From the NCBI GenBank assembly GCA_002189035.1, contig NEEC01000025.1, positions 372,001-436,000 of the forward strand: a stretch of 64,000 nucleotides of DNA, in the 5' to 3' direction. Each line of letters opens with the position of its first letter. Position 1 is the first letter of the stretch. A program made the position numbers and the translations under genes. Origin of the DNA: Utricularia gibba. Taxonomy: Eukaryota; Plantae; Magnoliophyta. This document shows, in pieces, positions 63,145 through 64,000 of this stretch. The notes beneath the pieces were generated by a model. The model did not search any database and was not told the DNA's origin. It saw only the letters and a list, made by a program, of their open reading frames with translations.

Positions 63145-64000
63145 TCAAGCAGCTTCTGCAAAGCCGACCCTCATATTACCATAGTCGAACACCGTGTGAT
63201 ATCGGCCCATGAACATGTCACCCAAGATCCTGCATCATAGACACAGTAAGTTAGCATGAATTAGAGTGTGTGGTTGGTGTTTCTTGCAAAAAAAAGGAAG
63301 CTACCATAAGGGTCCTCGTGGAGGCGCTACATCTAAGGCTGTGAATCCGCTCACACATTGAGCAATATCGCCCTCTCCCACTTTGAGTATATACTGATCA
63401 GTTACAGCAGATGTGGTATATTGCAATGTGAGAACCATAATTGTAGAAGCACATTAAAGTATGGATGGATGGATGCACACCTGGTCCGGGGTGAGCTCAA
63501 ATGTTTTACCGCCTATACTGAAGGAAACGGGTGGAAGGCTAGAAAGGTTACTGCAGTCGACAACAGATTCTCCCATCGGACTGGGGAGACGTTCACAGAG
63601 CTGCAAGTAGAATTGAAAATATTAGAACAATCAGAAACAGAAGGAATGAAAATGGGAGGATGAAATTTTGAATACGTTATTGATGTAGTTCAGTATTGCA
63701 TCCTCTGTTTTATTCTGTCGGAGCTGATTTTGCATCCAGACAACTGCCATTTCACACACTGAGCACATTTCATCATGTAGTCCAGACGACTGATCATTGT
63801 TGGCCTCATCAACGACAGTCTTGATAAGCATACTGAAGAGTGCAAAGACGAATCACATCAATTAATACTTGCAAAAATGCATGAACTAAGCATAATGAGA
63901 GCCAGTCGAGAACAAAAAAAACTCTCAAGACCTGAAATCCCGAGCACTATCCGAACATAAACCTATTTTGGAGCAGATTTTCTGAGGCTGAGACTGTCAG
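63145..64000 (-). CDS. Phytepsin-type aspartic proteinase (A1) with plant-specific insert, 3' part only
   Basis: Exons encode [82 protein letters not shown]; continues beyond the window end. Confidence 0.94.

Overview
Gene-dense stretch of a compact angiosperm nuclear genome (spliceosomal introns, AT-rich intergenic DNA, about 23 genes in 64 kb). Gene order: GDSL lipase (+), glutamate receptor-like channel (-), six SAG12/dionain-like papain-family (C1A) cysteine proteases (four -, two +; 10.9-27.5 kb), ASIL-type trihelix TF, a chimeric GPT-transporter/protease-prodomain locus (30.8-31.6 kb), RING-CH protein, Rho_N protein, tRNA-Trp, HsfA4, subgroup-11 R2R3-MYB, SPARK/GPI-anchored protein, PetC, TFIIE-alpha, an MEF22-like PPR lacking its DYW domain, CCCH zinc finger, GPT, aconitase and the 3' part of a phytepsin. 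Main points of interest: (1) the protease array has mostly very acidic mature domains, diversified substrate pockets, precise intron loss in two copies and a shared promoter module, as might be expected of a secreted digestive or defence battery; a carnivorous-plant origin is inference only. (2) The chimeric locus is built by microhomology joins from homologues of two nearby genes and leaves a stand-alone I29 inhibitor ORF. (3) Six frameshifts are each repaired by one extra base in a G/C run, probably assembly error rather than pseudogenisation. All exon boundaries, residue counts and family calls were made by hand or from recall; no searches were run.
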